Below are positions 1-12,125 of a stretch of 64,000 nucleotides of DNA, piece after piece. Made by a program: the position numbers and the translations under genes. Source of the DNA: Octopus vulgaris (taxonomy: Eukaryota); NCBI GenBank assembly GCA_951406725.2, contig OX597818.1, forward strand, positions 125,364,001 through 125,428,000, in the 5' to 3' direction. Numbering within the stretch: position 1 is the stretch's first letter; every line of letters begins with the position of its first letter. A model generated the notes under the pieces. It worked only from the letters and a program-made list of their open reading frames with translations, had not been told where the DNA came from and searched no databases.

Positions 1-4
1 TGTG

Positions 5-32
5 CTAGCAGATATACCCAGCGTTGCCCGGG
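5..32 (-). mobile_element. Putative Helitron 3' terminus (GC hairpin followed by CTAG)
   Basis: Minus strand reads CCCGGGCAACGCTGGG-TATATCTG-CTAG: a GC-rich imperfect hairpin 8 nt before CTAG, the usual Helitron 3' end layout. The next base is C rather than the expected host T. Confidence 0.4.
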
Positions 33-205
33 TTACATAGAATAATGAAATTTAAAAACACCGTCTTGATTACGCAAGCCTCAACTGTTAGTAGCCGGGA
101 TACCAATTTTCTACATTAATAACTCCCCAGCCTATGCCAGCATAGAACATAGACGTAAAGCGAAATGTTAAAATCAAGTTTTTAACACATATATGTATAT
201 AAAGT

Positions 206-504
206 GATCACGTGACCGACCAGACCATTAGATGTTGTTACACATCGCTGGTCACAATGCGTTCGCATTGTTTTAGCCTTTGAATGACGCCACCCCGCTG
301 GCTAAGCGAGCAGGCCAACAGAAGAAAGAGTGGAAGAAAGAGTAGTGAGAGAGTACAGCAGGGATCACCACCCCCTGCCGAAGCGTCGTGGAAGTTTTAG
401 GTGTTTTCGCTCAATAAACACTCACAACGCCCGGTCTGGGAATCGAAACCGCGATCCTACGACCGCAAGTCCGCTGCCCTAACCACTGGGCTATTGCGCC
501 TCCT
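206..504 (-). mobile_element. tRNA-derived SINE (head type B, tail 1), full length with TSD
   Basis: Minus strand starts GGAGGCGCAATAGCCCAGTGGTTAGGGCAGCGG...GGTTTCGATTCCC (A and B boxes). Flanked by the 12-bp direct repeat TGTATATAAAGT (194-205, 505-516). Confidence 0.85.
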
Positions 505-1039
505 TGTATATAAAGTAAATACATGTAATTCAAAAACATGTTTTGTGTAGCTTATTTCGTAACACAAAAAAAAAACAGGTACAAATTATAAACGATGTAA
601 GGACGATTTTGGTGATTCATTTGACAGAGGTAGTAGAGAGCCAATTCGATGATAAATCTGACCTTGGACCTTGAAAGTTTGCATGAATCCTATCTCAGTT
701 AAGTCACTGGTGGCTCCAAATGATGCACAAATTTGCACAAAAAAACTAGAAATATTCGATTTTATGGTAAAAGAGTAAACACTGGCGGGGATTCACCAAA
801 TCCAATCTATTAGTAGCACAGTGAAGATTTGAAAGTCATTAAAAAAAATTCTCCATATAGGATTCTTATGTGAACAGATGCGCAAACTTGGATGTATGCA
901 TCGACAGTTCAACCAACACACCGGCTCAATTACATATTTACAAACACCTGGAACTCTCTTAATTCTTGTTGCTTTCATAGCAACCGGCTTGAACTTTCTC
1001 AAGAACTTAAACTCAGGGAAAAGTTATATATGTATATAA

Positions 1040-1260
1040 AGTTAATCCAAACAAGAAAGCACAAAAAAACACAACAACGCGAGGACGTGGAACAGATATA
1101 GTATTATTGGACGCTCAGGAAAGAAGGAAAGAAGGAGGGTTTAACGTTTCGAGCGGAGCTTTTCGTCGGAAACATAGGAGAAGGAAAGATCCAGAGAAGG
1201 GAAGACAGAAGAAAAGAAATCGCCAACGGTGCACACGAGGTCACATTTTGAAATACATGT
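1040..1260 (-). mobile_element. Short PLE pLTR-like element carrying a minimal hammerhead motif (1139-1173)
   Basis: Reverse-complement homolog of 20695-20905. Motif gttt-CCGACGA-AAAGC-TCC-GCTC-GAAAC-GTT-aaac. Confidence 0.6.
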
Positions 1261-1493
1261 ATATATGTATATACATATATATGCGCGCGCGTGTGTGTGT
1301 GTGTGTGTAGCTACAAACACACATGCGCAGTATTTTAACATCAAATTTTCTCAAAAGAAAGAGAATCCCAAAAAACAAACAGATTACAATAACGCAATCA
1401 AATTACATACACTGGTTAACACCAAAATATTTAATAACTCCTAAATGTTTCTAGAAATCCTGTCGAAGTTCAATTAGAAACTTCAGCGACTTT

Positions 1494-1722
1494 CATCGGT
1501 TGTCAGGCAATGCTTGGGGGACAAACACAGAAACATATACACGCACACACACATATATATACATATACACGGCGGGCTTCTTTCAGTTTCCGTCTACCAA
1601 ATCCACTCACAAGGTCGGCCCGAGGCTATAGTAGAAGACACTTGCCCAAGGTGCCACGCAGTGGGACTGAACCCGGAACCATGTGATTGGTAAGCAAGCT
1701 ACTTACCACACAGCCACTCCTG

Positions 1723-1727
<5 letters not shown>
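1494..1727 (-). mobile_element. tRNA-derived SINE type A (5' part)
   Basis: Matches the head AGGCGCAGGAGTGGCTGTGTGGTAAG...GGGTTCAGTCCC...CCTTGGGCAAGTGTC of full copies at 23573 and 62543. Confidence 0.85.
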
Positions 1728-1809
<82 letters not shown>

Positions 1810-2087
1810 CCCGAATACCCTTTTCAGCCAAGTCAGAACAGTATAAATGTATGTGCATTAGTGTATGTATGTGCGTGTGCAAGCATGTGAGTGTGGGTGC
1901 CTGCGTGATAATGTGCTTCGCTTGTCTCAATTATTGGGCTGCAGCCATGCTGGGGCACTGCCTTGAAGTGTTTAGTTGAACACTTGACCCCTGTACTAAT
2001 TTTTAAAGTCCGGCATTTATTCCATCGGTCTCTTTTGCCAAACTGCTAAGTTACGGGACGCAAACAAATCGACATATATATATACAT

Positions 2088-2591
2088 CATTTATCTTTAA
2101 CTGCTTTAGTCGTTAAACTGCGGCCCAGCTCGGGCAAGCTCAGAACGGTTTAGTCGAAAAAAAAATCTACCTCGGGATTTTATTTAAGCTTAGTACTTAC
2201 CCTATCGTTCTCTTGTGCCGGACCGCTAAGTTACGGCGACGTAAACATACGAACACCAGTTGCCAAGCGGTGGAGGGGGGAACGAGAACAAATACAATGA
2301 TATATACATACAGACATACATGTACGTATGTATGTATGTATGTATGTATGTATGCATGCATGCATGCATGTATGTATGTATGTATGTATGTATGTATGTA
2401 TGTATGTATGTATGTATGTGTGTATATATATATGATGGGTTTATATTACTTTCCATCTACCAAATCCACTCACAAGTTTTTGGTCGGCCCGAGGATATCG
2501 CAGAAGACACCTGCCCAAGGTGCTACGCAATGGGACTGAGCTCGGAACCAAGTTGTTGGGAAGCAAACGTCTTACTACACAGCCACGCCTG
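2088..2591 (-). mobile_element. SINE type A, diverged, with internal (TATG)n
   Basis: Head, internal microsatellite and 3' GGCCGCAGT...AAAGCAG part align by eye with the type A consensus. Confidence 0.75.
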
Positions 2592-2594
2592 TAC

Positions 2595-2715
2595 AGAAAG
2601 CAAAAGACCCAGAGAGGTGAGGGAACAGCAAGCAGGTGTATTAGTTTGACGCTCGGGAAAAATGGAAAAGTCTTTGACATTTCGAGCCTACGCTCTTCGA
2701 CAAAAAGGGATGATA
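2595..2715 (-). mobile_element. PLE pLTR-like fragment with hammerhead-like motif (2672-2707)
   Basis: Minus strand cttt-TTGTCGA-AGAGC-GTAG-GCTC-GAAAT-GTC-aaag. Homologous to the 21238, 42515, 43310 and 59128 family. Confidence 0.5.
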
Positions 2716-3533
2716 AATATAGATAGATAGATACATACATACATACATACATAAACATGCATACATACATATATACATACACACATACGTACATACAAAA
2801 ATATATACATAGTTCGCAAATACATACATGCAAAGATACATACATACGTACGTACATACATACGTAAGTACGTACATACATACATACCTACATACATGTA
2901 CATAGATATACACGATGAGTTTCCACACAGTTTCAGTCTACCAGATTCACTTATAAGGCTTCGATCGGCCTGGAACTATAGCAAAAGACACTTGACCAAG
3001 GCGCCGCGCAGTGGTGGTACTAAACTCAAGACGTGATGGCTTCAAAGCGAACTTCTTAACACCACAGCTATGCTAGCGCGTGGGCGAAATTGGGTATTCG
3101 GGTAGTAGGTCGATTATTTGCGAGTGGGAATCGGATAGTATATGAATAGCGTTGATAGACAATCTCAAGCGGATAGGTAAAGATAGAGTGGTAAAAATAT
3201 ATTTTCAACAGCATAAATACAAAATAAAAATAAATATAAATATAAATAGAAGCAAAAGCTTTTAAGATAGCTAAATATATAACAACAATAGGGTCACTTT
3301 ACTTTTAAATAGAATGCTAAATACACACACACAAACACACACAGCATAAGCACTTGCGTATATATGTATTCATAAATATATATATATATACATGCGTGCA
3401 TGTGTATGTGTGTGTGTGAGTGGGATGTGTATGCGTGAGTATATTTATGTATGTATTTATGTGTGTGCGTGCATATGTATGTATATATATATACGTATAT
3501 ATACGTATATATAGTGTATATACGTGTATATAC

Positions 3534-3593
<60 letters not shown>

Positions 3594-3674
3594 GTATGCA
3601 TGTATGTATATATAGGTGCAGGCATGGCTGTGTGGTTTCCAGTAGAAACGGTAATCGCAAAGCTGACGGCGGTG

Positions 3675-3733
<59 letters not shown>

Positions 3734-4229
3734 AGACTACCCGTGACTCATTAGGTCACTAATAATTCAAGGTACCCGGAAAATCTGAGTTTCCCAGCAA
3801 CGGAGTTTTGTATCGTGTTTTTTTTCCTTTTCCAGAATATTTCGCATGCTTTCATCGAATGTAACATTGAAATCAAGTGTAAACGGCTCCTTTCCCCTGA
3901 AAAGGGAAGATTTGGCTGCTATTTCTTGCACGACCTGATATTTGTGATAAAGGACCTGAAATACCTGTTATGTGGTGGCAGGGTGTGCTAGAAGTAGCAG
4001 TCAAATCTTTAGAGGTGAGATACGTTGAATGCGCTCGAAAGAAGCCTACGAGGAAAAAACTATTTCACACCGAAGTTACGAACGAGTCTTTTACAAAATA
4101 TTTTCCATATTTTTAAAGTCATTTTTATTTTTAAATATTTTGCCCATCATAATGTTTCTAATGGAAAGGTTAGAGTTTCTTCCCTTTCAGAGTTAACTTA
4201 TTTTCGGAGTATTTTCCCATTATGCAATG

Positions 4230-4434
4230 TTTTGGGTATTTATACCCACCCCCTCAAATCCTGAATATCTCAATAACTACTGGTCCGATCTACGCCAAAC
4301 TAGTCTTATTCCGTTTGTATTCAAATTTCAGGGGCACTTTACTTTCAAAGTATTTTCCCATTATTCGCTGGTTTGGCTGTGTAACATTGCAAACTAGCAA
4401 GCAAGATTGAACTTCATTTTTAATGTAATATAGA
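4230..4434 (-). mobile_element. Putative Helitron 5' terminal region
   Basis: Minus strand begins A|TCTATATTACATTAAAAATGAAG, resembling the TC start of non-autonomous Helitrons. Confidence 0.3.
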
Positions 4435-4469
4435 TATATATAATGTATGTATGTATGTAGGTATACATA

Positions 4470-4690
4470 TATTCTTTTACTTTTTACTTGTTTCAGTTAT
4501 TTGGCTGCGATCATGATGGAGCACCGCCTTTAGTCGAACAAATTGACCCCAGCACCTATTCTCTGTAAGCCTAGTACTTATTCTATCGGTATCTTTTGCC
4601 GAACTTCTAAGTTATAGGGATGTAAAAACGCCAACATCGGTTGTCAAGCGATGGTGGGGGACAAACACAGACACACAAATATATATATAT
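4470..4690 (-). mobile_element. SINE type A, 3' half up to its internal (TA)n
   Basis: CTTTTACTTGTTTCAGT...GGAGCACCGCC...GACAAACACAGAC, as in other type A copies. Confidence 0.8.
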
Positions 4691-4691
4691 A

Positions 4692-4857
4692 TACCGGAGT
4701 AATCACATAAATGCGAAACAAGGTGGAAAAAATAATACTCGAATACCAGAGGTAGAGTAATATGCTTTATTGAAAAGCAAAAATCTGTCCGACGAACAGG
4801 AATGTGAAACTCTGAGTAACAGTTTTTGTGATATTTCTGCTGCTTTTCAATAAAGTA
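4692..4857. mobile_element. PLE-like short element with internal inversion and hammerhead motif (4785-4822, +)
   Basis: 4692-4780 is the reverse complement of the 3' end of the 48464-48778 element. CTTTATTGAAAAGCA and TGCTTTTCAATAAAG form an inverted repeat. Motif ctgt-CCGACGA-ACA-GGAA-TGT-GAAAC-TCTGA-GTA-acag. Confidence 0.65.
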
Positions 4858-4907
4858 TATATATGTGTGTGTGTGTGTGTGTACGAGTGTATGTGTGTGT
4901 GTCTGTG

Positions 4908-4939
<32 letters not shown>

Positions 4940-5121
4940 TACTAGTTTCAGTCATTTAACTGCGGCCATGCTGGAACACCGACTTAAAGGGCTGTAGTCG
5001 AAGAAATCGATCCCAACATCAGTTGTAAAGTGATGATTGCGGGACAAACACAGACTCAGAGACACATACACATAAATACACACACACACACATGTACCAT
5101 ATCGAATATAAAACGTATTTG

Positions 5122-5165
<44 letters not shown>

Positions 5166-5942
5166 CATGCACATGTGTATGCGTCTGTGTATATATATAC
5201 ACACATGTATATATATACACATATATACATACATACACACATATATATATAGATATATACATACATACATACGTACGTACATACATACATACATACATAC
5301 ATACATACGTACATACATACATACATACATACTACAGACTCCAGCCCTCCAAAACTCCATCGTGCTACTATCTCTAGTGTATCTCTACCCGCTGCAAACG
5401 TCTTTTTACTTCGACACTCCGCCACTAAACTTTCTTTACTCCACTCCCTTGCTTCACTTCCCTTCTGTCTGTCTCTCTATCCACCCTATCACCCTACTAT
5501 CCCTACTCTAACACTCCACCCGCCTCCATCCCGCTACCCACTTCAGCTCACACCCGTACCCACTTCATTAATAAACGCTGTACTAAATCTCTAAGCCAAC
5601 CCCACAGACCTTGAACATTCTTCTAATCCTAAACCCTAACCTTTACCTAAACCCAAAACCCTAACTCTAACCTAAGCCTTACTGTATAATGACATCCACA
5701 CCTGCTACCCGTTATGACATTATATTTGGAGCAATGACTCATTGGAACTGCTGTTTCTGGAATGTTCTCTTCTCAGAAAGTGCTTATTGGCTGGATGGCT
5801 TATTTATTTATCAATTGTTTAATAGCGAAAAACCCGTGGGTAAATGAAACTGTCTGTGCGGGTGGGATGTTATTGTCCGATCTGTCCAGTTCAGTTAGGC
5901 CTTTTATCTGCTTGTCTGTCTGCCGCTCTCTCTCTCTCTCTC

Positions 5943-5995
<53 letters not shown>

Positions 5996-6359
5996 CTCTG
6001 TTTGTCTGTCTTATGTCAATCTCTCTATCACTTTCCGTTTCTGTCTATCTGTCTGTCTGTCTCCCTCTATCTTTCTCTTCCTTACTCTTCTGTTTGTCCA
6101 TCAGTCAGTTTGTCCGTCAGTTTGTCTGTCTGTCAGTCAGTCTGTCAGTCTGTCTATCTCTGTGTCTGTGTCCGTCTCACTCTCTCCTCTTTACTCTGTC
6201 TGTCTCTCTGTCTCTTCCTTCCTATCTATCGGTGTGTGTCCATCTCTTAATCTTTCTCTCTCTTTATTTACTTAGTCTGTTTGTTCCTCCCCCTCTCTCA
6301 GTCTTTCCCCGCCTCTCTTTCTCTCTGTGTGTCTCGTCTTCTTTTCTATCTTTGTGTGT

Positions 6360-6395
<36 letters not shown>

Positions 6396-6699
6396 TTGTC
6401 TTTCTCTTCCTTACGCTGTCTGTCTGTCTGTTTCTCTGTGTGTGTCTCTCTCTCTTTTTCTTACTCTGTGTGTCTTTCTGCCTCTCTTTCCTTCTCTCTC
6501 TCTCTCTCTCACGCATTCACAGGCGCACATATACCTCACCACGTTTCTATCAACCTTCTTGGAAGAGAAGCAAATGACGGGCGAACACTTTCTCTTTCAT
6601 AAAAATTAATGATGACAGTATTCAACCGACATCTTTCTTAAAATTTCAAAAGAGAATAAAAATGTTACAGTGAGGTGGTGTGCTTGCGAAGTGGTGTTG

Positions 6700-6816
6700 G
6701 TTGTAGTAGTAGTAGTAGTGGCAATAGCAGTAGTTGTATTATTATTATTATTATTATTATTATCATTATTATTATTGTTATAATTATTATTATTATTTGC
6801 TGTTGTTGTTGTTGCT

Positions 6817-6848
<32 letters not shown>

Positions 6849-6956
6849 CGCAGCAGCAGCAGTAGTGGTAGTAATAGCATCATCATCAGCAGCAGCAGCA
6901 GCAGCAGTAGCAGCAGCAGTAGCAGCAGCAGTAGCAGCAGCAGTAGCAGCAGTAGT

Positions 6957-7033
<77 letters not shown>

Positions 7034-7035
7034 AG
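6700..7035. repeat. Compound trinucleotide microsatellite (TAG/TAT/TTG/CAG)n
   Basis: Directly visible tandem triplets. Confidence 0.95.
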
Positions 7036-7892
7036 GTATGAGAAGGCTTACTGAAATAGAAGCAATAATCACCTTTCTCTTCCACCTAATTGTCCTCTAC
7101 AGTCTCATCGTCATCATCCTCATCATCACCGCCACCACTACTATCATCAACATCACAGAAAAACAATTATACCAATGTTAACAAAAACAAAAAAAAAAAT
7201 CGATGACGATGATACTGATTCTAATGATGACGATGATGATGATTATAAGGAAGAGGAAGAGGGAAGAAGGAAGAAGGAAGAAAGATAAAGATGATGATAA
7301 CGATGACGATAATGATGATGATGATGTATATTAATTGTCTTTTTTGTCAATCGTTATCATCAAAGTGTTGATCAAAAACACCCTCTCCCATGCTGTCAAT
7401 CAGCAATCCTCGTTCTTCGACTCCTGTTCCGCTCCTCCTTCATCTCTTCACCATCTTCTCCACCTTCTCCTCCTCATCGCGTCATCACCGCCGTCCTCAG
7501 GTTTTCATGGTCCAGCTGATAACCCAATGAAAGAAACATTAAAATTCCCTGGCCGTACATTAAGGGACATCTAATAATAAACAGGAAAGAGGAAGAGGAG
7601 AGAGTATCGCCAGGGGTGGAGGTAGGAGTATTGGTTGTAAGAGTGGTTGTTGTTTTAGTAGTTATTGTTGTAGTTCTAGTTCCGTGTCAAGTTTGATTGA
7701 GCAGATCTTTGATCAAAGGCGTTCTAGCTGTAACCATCCTCTTTTTCCTGAGATAGTGGGGTGTGATTTGAAGGAAATTTTGGCTTTTATTCCTTTGCAG
7801 GACGTGCTAACGTGTAGCGGCTGCCTCGTTGCCTCGCTGTCATGGACGATATAGTTAGTTATTGTTGAGGCTACATGGTCACCAATAGCTTG

Positions 7893-7968
<76 letters not shown>

Positions 7969-8050
7969 GACAGATACATACATAATGACATTTATACAAG
8001 TCTGTCTATAAGTCTACATATCGGTCTCTTTCTCTCTCTCTCTCTCTTTC

Positions 8051-8111
<61 letters not shown>

Positions 8112-8114
<3 letters not shown>

Positions 8115-8420
8115 GAGGCGCAATAGCCAAGTAGTTAGGGCAGCGGACTCGCGGTTGAGGGATCGCGGGTTCGAATCTCATATCGAGGGATGTGTGTGTT
8201 TATGAGCGAAACACCTAAACTCCACGCAGCTTCGACAGAAGGTAATGGCGAACTTCTGCTGACTCTTTCGCCACAACTTTCTCTCACTCTTTCCTTCTGC
8301 ATCTACCAGCTCACCTGCGACGGACCGGCGTCCCATCCAGGTGGGGAACCTATACGCCAATGAAACCGGGAAACCGGCCCTTATGAGCCAGGTGTGGCTC
8401 AAGAAGGAACAAACAACAAC
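8112..8420 (+). mobile_element. tRNA-derived SINE (head type B, tail 2)
   Basis: GTGGAGGCGCAATAGCCAAGTAGTTAGGGCAGCGG...GGGTTCGAATC head. Tail CCTGCGACGGACCGGCGTCCCATCCAGG...GAAACCGGG ending in (AAC)n. A headless related copy follows at 8423-8640. Confidence 0.8.
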
Positions 8421-8673
8421 AATGTTGTGTGTTTATTGAGCGAAAGCACCTAAAAGCTCCACGAGGATCCGGCAGGGGCTGGTGGCGACCCCTGTTGTAC
8501 TCTTTCGGCCCAACTTTCTCTTACTCTCTCTTCCTGTTTCTTGAGTAACGCTGCGTCCTGTCGAGCTCGGGGGAACACATACGCCGCAGAAACCGGGAAA
8601 CCGGGCCCATGAGGCTGGATAGGCTTGAAAAGGGTGACGTTTATCGTTTATATATATATATATATATATATAT

Positions 8674-9643
8674 AAGGAGCAAAAATACTGGAGATTCAGT
8701 ATACGCCACGTGACAAAATTACGAGTTGAAAATATGTGGAAAACATATATAAGAAGTGGAAAAGAAATGCCTTCGTTTCACATAGTTTAATATCTTTTTA
8801 AAAAGAAATGTTAAAAAATATATACATATTTTATGGATGTAGTGATATCCAACCGGTTTTCGCTATTTAAATTAGCTTTTCAAGGGACATTGTGAAGTAA
8901 CCAATTCTTGTGACAAAGGGGTCTCGCCATTTTGGGTGCTTGAAAAATAAGAATGAGTCTAGAGAGTTGATCATGGGAAGTATCAGGTGGCAAGCGGGGA
9001 CAACTAAAATTTTCGGAAGTGGTCAAATTTGTTTATTAAGGTATGTTCTTTACTTTTGTATGAACAGGTTTTCCTTGTTTAGGCGTTCTTGTTAGGAGAT
9101 TGAATCTTTGCATTAGTATAAGGGAAAAATATAGAAATTCGGCGTTTTATTTCTTGTGCATCTGTCGATATGTTCGCTCAGGGCTATCTACCTGTTTTGA
9201 GAAAAATGAATCTGTTCTTTATGCTGCGTGACTCTGCGTCTCAAATTAAGGCTCGTTTGGGCTACATAATTGTGGCCACAACCTGAGCAGGTTAGGACAT
9301 AGATAAGGTTTTGGGAAGCACATGTGAAGTTGGTCTTAACTGAGAATTTTTCTCCTTGCTGGAATGTGAATTCCGAGCCTTCAGTTAGGTATGGGCATGT
9401 ACCACAATTAGGTCGTCTGCATTTTTTAACTGTTGGTATCGTATGTAATGAGTATAGTTTTGCATTTGTTAGGAGTCTCTTGAGTGATTTGTGTCGTCCC
9501 TTGAAAAGCTAATTTAAATAGCGAAAACCGGTTGGATATCACTACATCCATAAATTATATATATATATATATATTTAAATTTCTTTATAAAATGATATTA
9601 AACTATGTGAAACTTTTTTCCGAAATATTTTCAAACTAAATAT
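8674..9643 (-). mobile_element. 5'-truncated Neptune-type Penelope-like retroelement with inverted pLTR, inserted in (TA)n
   Basis: GIY-YIG pseudogene on the minus strand. 8775-8888 and 9496-9613 are reverse complements of each other. (TA)n tracts lie on both sides. Confidence 0.85.
9023..9496 (-). pseudogene. PLE Cys-rich linker plus GIY-YIG endonuclease (4 in-frame stops)
   Basis: Hand translation: RHKSLKRLLTNAKL...KKCRRPNCGTCPYLTEGSEFTFQQGEKFSVKTNFTCASQNLIYVLTCSGCGHNYVAQTSLNLRRRVTQHKEQI...ALSEHIDRC...FYIFPLY...ERLNKENLFIQK*RTYLN. The CxxxxCxxC linker and NLIY...CxxC...Y(V/I)xQT motif are typical of Neptune-clade PLEs. Confidence 0.85.
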
Positions 9644-9681
9644 TATATATATATATATATATATATAAATATGTGTGTATG

Positions 9682-9758
<77 letters not shown>

Positions 9759-10012
9759 ATGTATCTATGTATATGCGCATGTTTACAGTCCTCCCTTCAC
9801 TTATAGAATACATGAAAACGACATACTTTTCTTCGTTTTATTCCACTTCCGTGATTTCATCGCTTTTGTGTTTTCCATTTTGTTGAATGTGGATGTGGAT
9901 GTGATGAGTGTGTGGGTGTGGGGGTGCGGCTTCCTTGGAACAATTTGTTCCCTTCATTTCTTTCATGTCAGACTGCCATTTCGATTCAACTTTTCTCGCA
10001 TACACACATACA

Positions 10013-10073
<61 letters not shown>

Positions 10074-10363
10074 TCTCTTTATCTATCTATCTGTCAGTCT
10101 GTCAGTGGGTCTGTGTGTCTGTCTGTCTGCCTCGCTGGCTGGCTGGCTAGCTGGTTGTCTGTATTTTTCCTTTGCCATATTGTAATACCTACACAAAGAA
10201 ATACACAAACGCACACATTCAAACACACATACACACACACACACACACATACACACATACACACACATATACGTATACAGACACTCAAATTCTTTCGTGT
10301 TACTGACAAATATAAATACAGATAGATGGCTTGACAGATATACCGATAGCACGACATACATTT

Positions 10364-10430
<67 letters not shown>

Positions 10431-10469
10431 CACACACACACAAATGCACTATGTATACACACAAATGCA

Positions 10470-10742
10470 TAAAAGTATCTTCAAATACTAAAGAGTAAAT
10501 TTATTCCATAAAACCGCCATTGGCTTCAATCACGGCCTCCAGACAACTTCGGAATCTCCTGCAACTCTTCTCGACGGTCTCCTTGTTTAAGTTGGTGAAT
10601 GTTGCCATAATCCTTGCCTCCAGTTCATATTTAGTGTTACGAGGAGTTTTATTGGTCTCTCGCTCAACTGCGCCTCACACATAATAGTCAAAGGGGGTTG
10701 CAGTCCGGGGAGTCACGTGGCTAGATGGTAAGGGTGATGTGG
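10470..10742 (-). pseudogene. Tc1/mariner (DD37D/maT-like) transposase C-terminal remnant
   Basis: Hand translation with one frameshift: DSPDCNP/DYYV*GAVERETNKTPRNTKYELEARIMATFTNLNKETVEKSCRRFRSCLEAVIEANGGFME*. Contains the SPDxNPxDY motif. Confidence 0.8.
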
Positions 10743-10807
10743 TTGTACACTCACATATATACATACATAACCACACACAGGCACACAGACACATACACAC
10801 ACACACG

Positions 10808-10861
<54 letters not shown>

Positions 10862-10889
10862 TACACACACATATATATATATATATATG

Positions 10890-11095
<206 letters not shown>

Positions 11096-11469
11096 AGAAT
11101 TGAAATTCCAGATCCTGCTATTCAAAAGCATTCCAACATAAGACAGAAAATATGTTGTACCATAGACCAAAGCAGACCATCAAAAGACCTAATTTCATGC
11201 CGCACATCTCACGTAACCACTACGCCAGTGTTTCATAGTTCGCGTGGTGTTAACTTTGGTCTCAGAACAATTTGAAGAGAAAGAGCGACATGCAAAATCA
11301 ATCATCGTTAAGATCCAACCATTCTTATGTCTTTTGTCATTAAAGGTAACAGAAATAATTGAATATTTGTTTTTCTCTGTTAGGCCTTTTTCCCCGCCTC
11401 TTTCGCCATTTTTACATTACACCAACATACTTTTAAGTAATACGAGACGGCATGGGAAAACGTAGACGT

Positions 11470-11682
11470 TGTGGCTCGATCTGTTAGAAATAGCTACTGA
11501 ATCGCCCTTAAATTTAACACTATCGTTTTCAAGAAGAAAAAAAAAAAAGACTGGTCGGATTTCTCGCATGTGTGAATGAAAGACATCGGGGTGATCATGG
11601 CTGGAATGCTTTTGACCATATGCCTACTCCGTCAGTGCTGACCTGGAGGCTAAAGAAGAAGAAGAACAACAACAACAACAAA
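11470..11682 (+). mobile_element. Old interspersed repeat family E ending in (AAC)n
   Basis: GCTCGATCTGTTAGAAATAGC...GGCTGGAATGCTTTTGA(T/C)CA...CTGACCTGG...AACAACAAC. Related diverged copies at about 7680-7830, 12130-12700, 13740-13950, 17100-17290, 20400-20660 and 37240-37400. Confidence 0.55.
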
Positions 11683-11950
<268 letters not shown>

Positions 11951-12010
11951 AATACAAGACAGGGAGCGAGAAAGAGAGAGACTGGGAGGAAGAGAGCGGG
12001 AGCGAGCGAG

Positions 12011-12060
<50 letters not shown>

Positions 12061-12067
12061 AAGAGAG

Positions 12068-12125
<58 letters not shown>

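Noticed and set aside
5623-5679. CCCTAA-like telomeric repeats
   Set aside because: There are only a few degenerate units within a C-rich tract, too weak to call an interstitial telomere.
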